DNA of 64,000 nucleotides from Batkoa obscura (Eukaryota): NCBI GenBank assembly GCA_030770535.1, contig JASVEC010000002.1, positions 434,001 to 498,000 of the forward strand, read 5' to 3'. Shown piece by piece: positions 28,090 to 39,655 of this stretch (position 1 is its first letter; each line of letters starts with the position of its first letter). The notes under the pieces were generated by a model. It saw only the letters and a program-made list of their open reading frames with translations, ran no database searches and was not told where the DNA came from. The position numbers and the translations under genes were made by a program.

Positions 28090-28560
28090 AGGACCAATGA
28101 ATGACTCTTGGGTATTTTTATTTATGTAAGAAAAGATATGCTAAAATATTGCTATAATGGAAGAGGTTGAACAAAACCACCAGACTACCAAGAGACCTTT
28201 AAGTTTCTACAAACTGTGGTCTAATAATAAAGATGGACTATACTAAGCTAATCTGAGTTCTGTTTTGTTTAAAATCAGTAAGATATAAACAAGTTGATTT
28301 TTTTAAATTCTTAAAAGAGCATGAACCTCCTGAATAATTCATTATGTAAGTATGAAAGAATTAAGAGTGTTCTGAAAGAGGGGGGATTGGGCAGTTGTGC
28401 ACGATTTCGCACTTACTTTCCTTAATGAGAAGTCTAGTAAAAGCAATAGAGAACCCCTTTACCCACGCTATTTTCCACTCAATAAAGAGTATAAGTATAG
28501 AGGAACAGGTAAGAGCAGCCCTAATAACGAGCTTAGTATCGGATATACTTTAATGTTTTT
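28090..28560 (+). pseudogene. Possible decayed APE-type endonuclease fragment of a non-LTR retrotransposon
   Basis: Interrupted readings GIFIYVRKD, EGDWAVVHDF and SIGYTL resemble EEP motifs in the expected order. Confidence 0.3.
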
Positions 28561-28700
28561 TAAAGCTCATTTTTTATAAACTTATTTTTCGCTATTTTGT
28601 ATCTTTTTAAGTACTACCATATGTGTTTTTTAGACATGGAAGATTATTCTATTCATATAATTGTATAACTTTAACTATGTTAAACTTATTTTAAAATAAA

Positions 28701-28794
28701 GGTGTATGTTTTTTTGATTTCATTGCTTTTCCATTTTTCAAGTGCTATTTGAGTAGAATAATTGCTAATAAAATTCTTAAACAAATACATTCTC
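28701..28794 (-). mobile_element. MITE copy 7 (degenerate)
   Basis: Internal GCTATTTGAG...AAAATTCTTAAAC matches the family; termini eroded. Confidence 0.7.
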
Positions 28795-28829
28795 ATAAAA
28801 ACAAAAATCAGATTTTTTTAAAAACATAT

Positions 28830-28928
28830 GGGGATGTATTTTTGTATTCAAAAATTTTATTAATAATTTTTCCACTCAAATAGCGCTTAAAAGATGGAAA
28901 AAATACTGAGGCTAAAAAAAACATCCCC
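28830..28928 (+). mobile_element. MITE copy 8
   Basis: Perfect GGGGATGT/ACATCCCC termini; ATAT flanks. Confidence 0.9.
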
Positions 28929-29019
28929 ATATTTTGAATAAAATTTTATAAATTGAATTAGCTCACAAAGTAAGCTTTACTGTAAATAACAGCACCATTC
29001 TTTTAATAGTACAGCATAT

Positions 29020-29117
29020 GGGAGTGTTTTTTTTGATTTTATTACTTCTCTGTTTTTTAAGCGCTATCTGAATGGAAAGATTATTAGCAAAATTCTTAAA
29101 CAAAAAAATACATCCCC
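29020..29117 (-). mobile_element. MITE copy 9
   Basis: GGGAGTGT...ACATCCCC; ATAT flanks. Confidence 0.9.
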
Positions 29118-31224
29118 ATATGTTCTTTTAATACTTATTTAATGCTGGAGGTAACACCATAACTAATCAACAATTTTACATTTTTTTGAAAATCTATGGT
29201 TTATGTAAATATAGAATTACAAAGTTTATGAGTTGTATCATTGTATAAATTAAAAAACAAATGACTGTCCATGAACATATTCGAATGCTTTTATTGTTTA
29301 AACTTTAACTAACAAACATACAGTTTTTGTTGCATGAACAGTTGAGAAATAAATGAAACAAAAAAGATAATCTGATATCTATTTTATAGATGTGTTTCGA
29401 TGTTTTATTGTATATTCTTCATCAATAAATTATTTTTAATAACGATAAAAGCGATACAATCTACCTTTTTCCAGATGATTTTAAGAAAATGTCAATATTT
29501 AAATCAAATAAGCTTTAAGAGGAATGTTTACATCATTGGTTAATAACTGATTTTAAATTTCGAATTATTTTGAAACATTGAACATTTGATTTTAAACTCA
29601 AATATTAGTAAATTTAGCATTTGTTTGATTTCCTTATTTTTTTATAGTAAGATAATACTCTGTTTTTCTTGTAAATAAACCATTTGGGAGTTTAATGGAC
29701 TCTTTCAGAGTTACAACAATTTTACTTTTGAAGCTACGTCTGCCACCTTAACTCTAACTTACCTTTCTCTGACTACAAGCCTTGAATTTATATTATCATA
29801 TAGTAATAAGTTTTCTATTTCACCATTAGCTATAGTATTTTTAAATTCCACATTGTATAAAAATGATTAAAATAACGAAGCAGTAAAGATACTACCATAT
29901 GCTAATAAGATAAAGCAATGGGATAACTACAAAACATTACAAGTCTAAAAAGCTAGGATAGAGCCTTATATATTTTTAAAAAGACTATATTATCTGAAAA
30001 TAGAAGCTTCTCCACTCTAAGTCACCATTTACATTTTAACTTATAATGTTCTTGTTATTTGATTTGAAATCAGGTATTTTTATGGTCAGATTTTTTTAAA
30101 TGCTTAGCTTAATAGTGATAACTATAGCATTATTTACAGCTATTAACACCAAGCTAATTCTATAAAGTACAACTGTATGCTTATTATGAATTTTGTTTTA
30201 TCCTTACTCTATCAAGGTAACGATTTATTTCGTAAAAAGACTAACAAGAATCAATATTTTTACGTTATATTTTTATTTTTATTTTCCAACCTGTAATTAT
30301 GAATATGATATTAACTTATCTATAAACTTTAATATTGAATGTATTCACTAATAATTACAAATATACTTTACAACTTTAGTGATGATGCTATATTAATAAA
30401 TAAATATATATAATCATTACCAATATATGATGCTTTATACTGAATTTTATAGGATTATATTAAGATCCTTATTAAAATTTTAGCGCTTATCTTATCTTAA
30501 TTACCCATAAATTTCTATTTTTAGATTTTACCAGTTTTATATGATAGTCATAAAATAGCTTAATTCAATATTTTTAACTGCTAACTTGAAATTTATATTA
30601 TTAGCTGTAATATTTTTACCTAATATAAGCCATTCTGATCCCCATTGTTATTTTATTTGGTTATTTGCTCTATGTAAAACCTATATGATACGCTGATAAG
30701 TACTATTGATAAGCTACTAAACATGATACTAAAACTCCGGTCAGTTTATAACATATACGAGAGCCAAACTTTATAGATGCTAATATATAAAGTGTATAGT
30801 TTATTATATTGTCATTTATAAATAAAAGCAACTGTTTCTTGAATTTAAAAAATTAAGACAATTGCCATGTTAAATTGATTATTTAAAACTTCAAACACAT
30901 CATAATGAATACCCTGTTCTTTAATTAAGCTTAATATATCATATGAACTATTAAAAATTAATACCAAAATTAACCAATCGAATGGTTAATTTTGAACTAA
31001 TCCAAAAATGATTTGTTAAAACATGAAAGAAATCAATCATTCGCTTTAAAAGTCTAAGCAAACAAGAGGGGGAATTTCAAGCCAAATTGATTACTTTTTT
31101 AATTCATTTCTTTCAGAAATAACTTGAGAACCCAGCTTTAGAGTTTTGGACCGGTTATTTCATAAGCTTACTGTTCACTATTTCGTCTTTTAGACCACTA
31201 CAAACCACCTTTTTCTGCAACCTT

Positions 31225-31242
31225 ATGTTTGATCCTGGATAA
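31225..31242 (+). promoter_or_regulatory. uORF MFDPG* in the presumed leader of PRL paralogue 1
   Basis: ATG TTT GAT CCT GGA TAA TTT; matches the uORF upstream of paralogue 2. Confidence 0.7.
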
Positions 31243-31456
31243 TTTCTTCAAAGAAGTTAATACCTATAGTCAACCTTAGTTTCACTTTTCACCTTTTAAT
31301 CCTTCTCAAATCATTACAATCAAACTTATCAATTAACATTTTTAAGTGCTGATTCAGCGATTTTAGTCTTATATTACTTTAACCCATATTGCTATTTTAA
31401 TTGCTGATTCAGCTACTTAATTTTATACGTTTATTCAAATCAATCCTTCATTTCCA

Positions 31457-32099
31457 ATGCTTCTTCATCAAGTAAGTTTAAATTTAACAATGTATTATAA
31501 CTTTTAATAAACAATCTAGAATAAACCTGTTATGGCACCTTTATTTAAAATGAGCAGCAAAAGCAGATTATTAAACCCCTTTACTCTTATTGAGTATGGT
31601 GGGCTTCGCTTTTTAATATTCGACTCACCAACTGTTTATACACTTCCATTATACATCAAAGAACTTAAAGCCCACGGAGTAACTGACGTTGTAAGAGCAT
31701 GTGAAGCCACCTATCCAGCTGAATCTTTAAGGAGCTCTGGCATCAATGTCTTTGAACTACCCTTTGATGATGGAAAAGCTCCACCAATTTCACTTGTAAC
31801 TGATTGGCTCGATATTGTCAATGCGCGCTTTCCTAAGGGAGAAGAATCTAAAGCTACAATCGGAATTCATTGTGTAGCAGGCCTTGGAAGGTAATATTAT
31901 TGTTTATTTGCAGTTGTATTTTTAACAAGTTATTAGAGCTCCTGTACTTGCTGCTATTGCTTTAATTGAAGCAGGTATGTCTCCACTCGACAGCGTTATC
32001 TTCATTCGTGAAAGGCGCAAAGGAGCAATTAACTCCAAGCAAATTAGGTACATTGAAGCCTATCAACCTCAATCTCGTTCTAGCTGTAGCATTTGTTGA
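31457..32099 (+). CDS. PTP4A: PRL/PTP4A prenylated phosphatase, paralogue 1
   Basis: [28 protein letters not shown], ends CSIC (CaaX-like); in-frame micro-exon MLLHQ at 31457-31471, alternative start at 31532. Confidence 0.92.
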
Positions 32100-32533
32100 C
32101 TATGTGTTTTACTGGATAGATCATTACAATTTACTTTCATTTTATTTCTCAAATATAGGTTTTTATAATAACGATTAATTAGACTATTATTTTAATTATC
32201 AAATTGTGTTATTTATTCTAAAATTAAGGATATCAAGTAGGAAGATAATAGTTTTAAGATTAGTCTGCTCCATGGTTACTTCGCTTCAGAGATAATAATA
32301 AAATAATATTATGTAAATTGTAAAAGGTTACAATGAACTTAACCTTTTGATAGTTCAAATTTAAAGATAGTTTTGTTTTATAGTCGAGTTTTGAATGCTT
32401 AAACTTTGTAAATTAAAACTTGTGATTAAAAATGTTTATGAATAAATGAAAAATAATAAATCAAATTAGAAAAAAATCCATTAAAGATTAAAGTTTATTT
32501 TTCTTTTGACCAATTAAATATTCAAAACTACAT

Positions 32534-32631
32534 GGGGATGTATTTTTATATTTAAGAACTTCACTAACAATTTCCCCACCCAAATAGCACTTAAAGATAG
32601 AAAAAGTAATGAAGTAAAAAAAAGCGTCCTC
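32534..32631 (+). mobile_element. MITE copy 10
   Basis: GGGGATGTATTTTT...GCGTCCTC. Confidence 0.85.
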
Positions 32632-33105
32632 ATGTTAATTTAATGTGTCAATAATGAAATTAATAAGACTATAATAATTTATGAAATATAAAACTTTGAT
32701 TGTACAACACTAAAACTAGTCGAATTAATTATAGCTATTTTTCTAAAATTATAGAAGATTTAGGGAGCTTATTAAAACTTAACACTATTTCTACAATCAT
32801 GATAAATCGTGATAGTTGAACTTTTTAAAGTTTCATTTCCTGTAATCAAATATCTTAATAAAAATTGCACTAGATTCATCCTTTCAATAAGTTACTTGTA
32901 TTGTTCGAAATAAACTTCGCTAAATTTAAATATCTATCTTTGTTTTATCCTTTTATTCATCTATAACAAATCTTCACATAAATCCAAAAGCTATAAAGTT
33001 AATTCATACTAAATATTAAAATAAAATAAAAGTATAGCACTTATTTACCTTATTATTCTTTTAATCTTATTTTAAATAAAGTTTATTTTAGCTAACCTAA
33101 AATAT

Positions 33106-33772
33106 TTATTTCTTGACTTTGTTAGCCTCTTCTTCAGCCTTAAGCTTACGTGCTTTATCACGTTTACCACCAAGTTTAACGTCCATACGAGCATTGCAAA
33201 GAGTTTCGAAAGCTTTGAAGCTCTTTTCCTCAGCAGTAATGGCACGTGGGGCTTCGGCAACAACAGTGTTAGTAACTGGGAATAAAGCACCAGTGAATTG
33301 TGGTACAGATGGTACTTCTCCCTTCTTCTTTCCAGCACGGGTTGGGAAAACAACCAATTTGCTTTGATAATTACGAAGACGTTCTACATTGAGGTTGAAT
33401 GATTCTTCGGATTTGTTACGACGACGGTGGTCAACGGCAATACCAATGTTACGGGCTTCACGACGATGAACTCCAACAGCCTTATTTTTTTAATAAATCT
33501 AATTTTTAAATTAATTCTATTTTTACCTTTAATTCTTCAAGAGTGAAACCACGACCAGCGCGAAGCTTGGTGTTATAACGAATGGTTGGACAACGAACAG
33601 CAGGACGGAGAAGACCATCTACTGGACGTGGAGCAACTTTAGCGGCTTTAGCTTTACGCTTGTTAGCACGACGAATCTTTTGAACTGGTTGAGAGAACCA
33701 AGTTCTGACACGACGTTGCCAGTCTTTGCGGAAATGTTGATTTGGTAACTGGTTGTTATGTTTCAATACCAT
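33106..33772 (-). CDS. RPL13: 60S ribosomal protein L13 (eL13), 2 exons
   Basis: [36 protein letters not shown]. Confidence 0.97.
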
Positions 33773-35395
33773 TTTCTAATTTTGACAAAGGTTTAGCATG
33801 ATGCTTGTTACATTTTATTTTTATCCATTCTGGGTTTTTTTAGCTTTAGTTTACTAAGATCTTTAGTGTTAAAAATTGAAAGAATCCACTTAGTGCCTTT
33901 TTCAACCAGATATAAAGATGGATGTGTTGACGTTTGTATTATAATCTTCTATTACAACTTACATTTTAAGAGGCAACCCGAAATATACCCAAGTAAAGAG
34001 AAGGGTGTTTTGGCCTGAGAGTTATTAGCATTTAATTGGGTCTATGAATTTATAATTATTTCTATAAATCTCCACTTTAAAATAATTAGTGAGTATGATT
34101 GGAATATAGCAAGAAATGGTCCAATTATCTTCCGATTATATATTTCAAAATAGTATTTAATATGATAGTATAATATTTACACATATTATAATCTAAATAG
34201 TTTTAGTTTTAATATTGCTATATTAACAATGATGGATTATTATGACTACCAAATACTTAAAATAATTATACTATCAAAAGAATAGTTCATATAAACCAAC
34301 TATTTATAAAAATTCTATACTAATATCTGACATCAAACTACTATTATAAGATATATAGTTTAATTGTTGTAAGTTTATCATAGAGTTATTATTAAATGTA
34401 TTTTAGTTTATACTTTATCATATTTTTATTTACAATTATATATCAAAAAACATATAGTTTAAATTGTCTACAAATTAATGTTTAATAGTATAAAAATAAA
34501 AATAAATTATGACCAATTTTCAGCAAGTTTTATATTATCTATTTTATTAATAACTATAGATATAGCTTCCAATTATTTTTCTTATATGTACCTTTATTTT
34601 TTTTGTTATATTTTAAATATCAATAATGTAATTGAAACTATTATTTACAATGAATGTAGTATTTTTATATGAATTATCAATTAATAGAACTAGAACAATT
34701 GTTCGGAGATATTAACTTTTTGGTAATTAATTACTAAAAAAATAAAAAGGATAGAAGTCTATTTGGAATAATAGTAGGAAATAAAATAAGAAGTGTAACG
34801 TATTTTTTATCAATTAACTTTTATCTTTACTCTGCCTACCTTTAGACATTTTATCTTAAAACAATTAAATGATTATTCGAATTGAATTAAACTCCTCAAT
34901 GGTATTATTTAATTTGATACTAATCAAAAATAAAAATATACCACTATTTTTATCTAATGATGATACATTCTTTATTTTTACCTAAAGCTATATCAATTCC
35001 AAATGCTGACAAAACCATCCCTTGCAAATATGGATCCCATTGATTCAATAAAGAACGTACATTGTTATATAATTACAAATATAACATTATTTAGAAACCT
35101 GTTTTAAAAAGTTAATAATACAATATTCATCGTATTAAAAAAATAAATAGTTTAAAATAAATTTACTATATTTTTGTAATAGGAATTAGTTTAATTATAG
35201 AAAATTAAAGCAGAGGGAATATTGATATCTTAAGACATACAAAATTTGTACCAAAAGTAGTGATATGATAATATAATCAAAAATATATTAATATAATCTA
35301 ATTAAAAGCTGAAATCTAGTAAGCTTGAGAATGTTGAACTTTTAAAAATCGATTTCATGACAGGTCAGTATTGTAATAGTAGGTAATTAATTTGA

Positions 35396-36039
35396 CTAAC
35401 ATATAATACATTTTCCCTTGCCTTGTCGACGATATGCTTCAATATATTCAATCTGTTTATTGTTGATAGCTCCTTTTCTATTCTCACGTAAGAATTGTAC
35501 ACTGTCTAAAGGTGACATTCCTTGCTCAATTAAAGCTATGGCGACTAATACAGGCGCCCTTTTAAAAGTTAGATAAGCTAAAGTATTTTAGTTTTAATTT
35601 ACCTTCCTAAACCTGCAACACAGTGTACCCCTATAGTGGGTTTATCTTCTTTAGTATCCTGAAAGCACTTTTGTACTATTTCTAGCCATTCATTCACAAT
35701 ATTTTTTGGCGGTGCCTTACCATCTGGAAAGGAAAGTTCCTATTAAGTTTAATATTACAATTAAAAAATATATATAGAACAAAACTTACGTGGACTTTGA
35801 TGTGTTCTTTTTCTAAAGGTTCAATAGGGTAAGTAGGATCACACACCCTTACAACATCTGTTACATGGTATTTTTTAAATTCCTATTAAAATTGTAAGCT
35901 TATAGAGATTATTTTGATAAAATAGGCTTACTTTAAGGTAAAGAGGCAAAGTCTGGGCTGAAGGTGCGTCAAATATAAGAAACTTCAGGCCGTTTTTTTC
36001 AACAAAGGTAGGGGGATTTAATAGCTTAGCTTGTGACAT
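35396..36039 (-). CDS. PTP4A: PRL/PTP4A prenylated phosphatase, paralogue 2 (not in ORF track), 4 exons
   Basis: Spliced MSQAKLLNPPTFVE...FLIFDAP...VVRVCD...FPDGKAPP...[19 protein letters not shown]...GKCIIC*. Confidence 0.92.
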
Positions 36040-36134
36040 TTTGAATATATAAGATTATATTATTTTATGAGAGTTAAAATCGATAAATGAGTAATATTAT
36101 TGAGTAAAATTGATTGCAACGGTATCAAGGTAAA

Positions 36135-36152
36135 TTATCCAGGAGTGAGCAT
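36135..36152 (-). promoter_or_regulatory. uORF MLTPG* in the presumed leader of PRL paralogue 2
   Basis: Minus strand ATG CTC ACT CCT GGA TAA TTT; TATATAAA about 45 nt upstream. Confidence 0.7.
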
Positions 36153-36923
36153 CAAGGGGTTAAAGGAGAGTTGGTTAACACCGCTTAAGCCTTTATAGTT
36201 TATATAATTATTCTATTTTAAAAGCAAATAGCCAAATTAAAAAAAGGTAGTTAAAATTAGTCTTTTCATTTGTTTAAATTAAATCTTTGGGGATTTTCAA
36301 ATCTGGCTTATTCTAGGTTGTCTAAAAAAGTAAATCGGCCATTGGCTCTAACTAAATCATTAGTTACACAAATATAGGATTACCCACCTTCAATTTCATT
36401 TTTACATTCAAACTCAAACTGTTTAAGTTCAAGTGTAGGCTTTTTTTGAAAAATTTCCAAAAGCTAATTATTTCTTTTTCATACAATAATTCCTATACAT
36501 TGGCAGAATTTATATCTTAAGTTTTATTCTTAAATGAACGATTAGCTAGTGCATGTTTAAACTTAAACACTAGTATTGACTATTTTACAGAGTAAGCCAA
36601 TAAAAGGTAGTAATTAAATAGTAATCAGATAGATCTTTAATTTATGAGTACTTAAATGTTACTCAAATCAGCCATACTATATAATTATTAACAGAAATCA
36701 AGTTATGGATAAATAATGTTTATTTATATTGTAAATAATTCAATTAAAAAAATATAATAAGCTTTGTAAAAATCACATTTTGTTTTCATTTACATTGGAA
36801 TGACTAACTATATTTATAATTTATACTGTTTTAGCCATTAAAATATATTTTAATATCATTAAACTTAAATATGGTATTTCAAATATGACATCTTGTTTGT
36901 ATTTTCCGGAAGTTTAATAATAT

Positions 36924-37022
36924 AGGAGTGTTCTTTTTAACTTCATTATTTTTTCCATTTTTTAAGCGCTATTTGAGTGGAAAATTTGTTAGTAAAATTC
37001 TTAAACACAAAAATACATCTAC
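36924..37022 (-). mobile_element. MITE copy 11
   Basis: AGGAGTGT...ACATCTAC; ATAT flanks. Confidence 0.85.
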
Positions 37023-38079
37023 ATATCATAAATTCAGAAATACAGAGTAAGCAGCTTATTAGCAATATTTTTCATACCTTATTATATAAAATCTGCTATA
37101 ATAAATTTTATCTATTAGGTTCAATCAGCGAAAAACCTTTTTTTAGATAACAGTTGTTTCTTAGCTTCATTTAGTTTGACCATTTGAGTTCAATGTAGAC
37201 AGTTTATAACTATGGTGGCTTATTTTGATACAAAGTCTAATATCTCCTTATGCTCTAGATTTCATAACTGTCTTGTATTTATCATTCAAAAGCTATCAGT
37301 ATAATCAATTGTTAATGATATGTAACCTAATGATAATAAATTAACTATGGTTGCTATTACTGAAAGTTTGATATTTATCCTAATTATTTTCATAAATGCT
37401 AGACTATGAAAATATAAACATAAATGTGTTTTAAAAAAACTTTGAAATAGCTAATTAGATCATAAACCGTTGTTTATCGAGGAAAAAAGTATTACTAAGA
37501 GAGAGATAAGAAGGCAAGATTGAAAGGAAGGATGTGATTTGAAAACAGATTTCGACCAGTTTAAAATAGTAAGCCTTGGAACAAGCACTTTTTGAAAAGA
37601 CTTTTAAAAATAACATAATCTTCTCCCCCGGATTCCCTAAAAAAACCACCTTGTATTTTTATTTGCCCAATAAAAGACCTAATTTTAAAGCTTTGGGGAT
37701 TTAGATAAGCCCCATATTGAAAAAATCAATGCTGAAATATTGTTTGTATCTAGCATAATGAGTACATTTTGCTTGATAAACTTATTACTTTAACTTTACA
37801 AAATACATTTATAAAATAGCAATATACTGTTGTTCTCCTTTTAACACAATTTTCACCTTTAAGCTTCTTGAATTACAAAGTTTTTAATCAAATCATTAAA
37901 AATATGGTTACATTATATAAAATTATGTAAACCAATCTCTTTACAGTTGATTCGAATTTTGTATAAAAATAATACAAAAACAAAAGCTGGGAGTATACAA
38001 AGTTACAATATAATATAACATAAATTTAGTATTTTACAGCCAAACATACAAACTTAATAACTAAATAAGAACATATTTC

Positions 38080-38155
38080 TTTAAAAATTTTAATCTTTCC
38101 ACTCAAATAGCACTTAAAAAATGGATAAAGTGATAAAACCAAAAAAAACGTTCCC
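38080..38155 (+). mobile_element. MITE copy 12 (partial)
   Basis: TTTCCACTCAAATAGCACTTAAAAAATGG...ACGTTCCC. Confidence 0.75.
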
Positions 38156-38257
38156 AATATCAATTTGATAAATAACAACATTAGATTAAAAATAAACTTA
38201 ACATATAGTACAAAAATCAAAAGATTAGTTATGTGAGATTTAATTTGAAATAGAAGG

Positions 38258-38521
38258 TTAGGAGCAAATTTGTTTACTATCCCATCCAGCTTTGTCGCAA
38301 CATTTTTTGTATGCCTTGTAATTTTTACCATTACGTTTAAGACCAAGACACCATTCTGGGGCCATAATTCCTTCAACTTGATCACAGCATTTTTCACTGG
38401 CACTTAAGCTATTTTTACACTGTAAACCACAACAGTCACGACTATGGTCAGCACATTCACGTTTACGAAGTTGAGCACTTACAGTAAAAATAGTTACAAG
38501 AACGGTCCATAAAAATTTCAT
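38258..38521 (-). CDS. Small secreted cysteine-rich peptide A
   Basis: Signal peptide MKFLWTVLVTIFTVSA, RKR dibasic site, 10 Cys in the mature part. Confidence 0.9.
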   Translation of the reverse strand: MKFLWTVLVTIFTVSAQLRKRECADHSRDCCGLQCKNSLSASEKCCDQVEGIMAPEWCLGLKRNGKNYKAYKKCCDKAGWDSKQICS

Positions 38522-39424
38522 TTTAGTTTATTTTTTAAATAAAATATTATTTTTTTGCCTTTTATTTATGCTGTTTTATAACTCTTTTACTTTTATTAAT
38601 ATAACTCGGATAATAAATATTTTAAAATAGCAAGTTTTTATTGCTAAAACTTATGGTACCTCAAATGGCTTATCATGTGTATTGCATTTGGTAAAGTTGA
38701 TACTGTTATTTACTTGTTTTTAACTATTTAATTTTTTATAATCCGAGCAAGATATTATAACATTTCATTCAGCTTATTATTTAATATATTATCGATAAAA
38801 TTACTTTACGTTAGGTAATTTTATGTATATTACATATTATTTAAAATTTGGTAAGAACTTTAAATTTAATAAAATGTCAAAATATAAGAGCTGGTGACTA
38901 AAAATGGTGACACCTATTGCTATATCAATGGGTTATTTTAGACACCATATATTTGGGAATGAAAATGGTACTATTTTAAATGATTTATTAGTTAAGTTGT
39001 TCAAACAAAAACGCTACAAAACAATCTCTGTGTGTAAATAGGTAATAAGCCAAAAATTAAAATCTCTTTTATAGAAGTGTCGGATTTTGTATAGAAATGG
39101 TTCAAAGAAAGTAGAAGACTATCTATAATTTACATATATAGTAGTATAGCTCATGTTTCAAAATATATAAGTATAATATACTGCTAAAAATTATAAGCAT
39201 ATATATTTTAATAAAATTAGAAGGTACGATTTAATTAATGTAAAAATTAATGCTAGGCTAAAAAGTAAGTTCGTGATGCAAATAGCCAAAAATTATTTGA
39301 CTAAAAATAAATTTCATAAAGCTAATATATTAGATCGCATATTTAAATCATCTCAGTTCAATAAAATACTCATTTGTTTGAGTTTGGGGATATTACAAAG
39401 AAGGTTAATAATGTATCATGTGTT

Positions 39425-39655
39425 ATCTTGATTGATATCCCCAGTCATTTATATCTCAATGTTTTTTGAAGGTCTTATAATTTTTACTGTTGCACTTAAG
39501 ACCAAGACACTATCATAGAGCCATAATTCTTTCAATGTTATTACAGCAAATTTCTCTATGGTTTAAGCCATTTTTACATTATAAATCACAATAATCATGG
39601 CTTTAATCAGAACATTCATATTTACGAAGTTGAACGCTTATAGGAGCAGTCTACA
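39425..39655 (-). pseudogene. Pseudogene of the small cysteine-rich peptide family
   Basis: Reads ISVQLRKYECSD*SHDYCDL*CKNGLNHREICCNNIERIMAL**CLGLKCNSKNYKTFKKH*; start region lost. Confidence 0.88.

Noticed and set aside
37694..37717. GGGGAT...CCCCATAT mini-palindrome
   Set aside because: Too short to distinguish from chance; might be a collapsed MITE but unsupported
39385..39443. TGGGGATAT...ATATCCCCA inverted repeat resembling MITE ends
   Set aside because: The right arm is the pseudogene's homologue of the GWD codons and the interior has no MITE similarity
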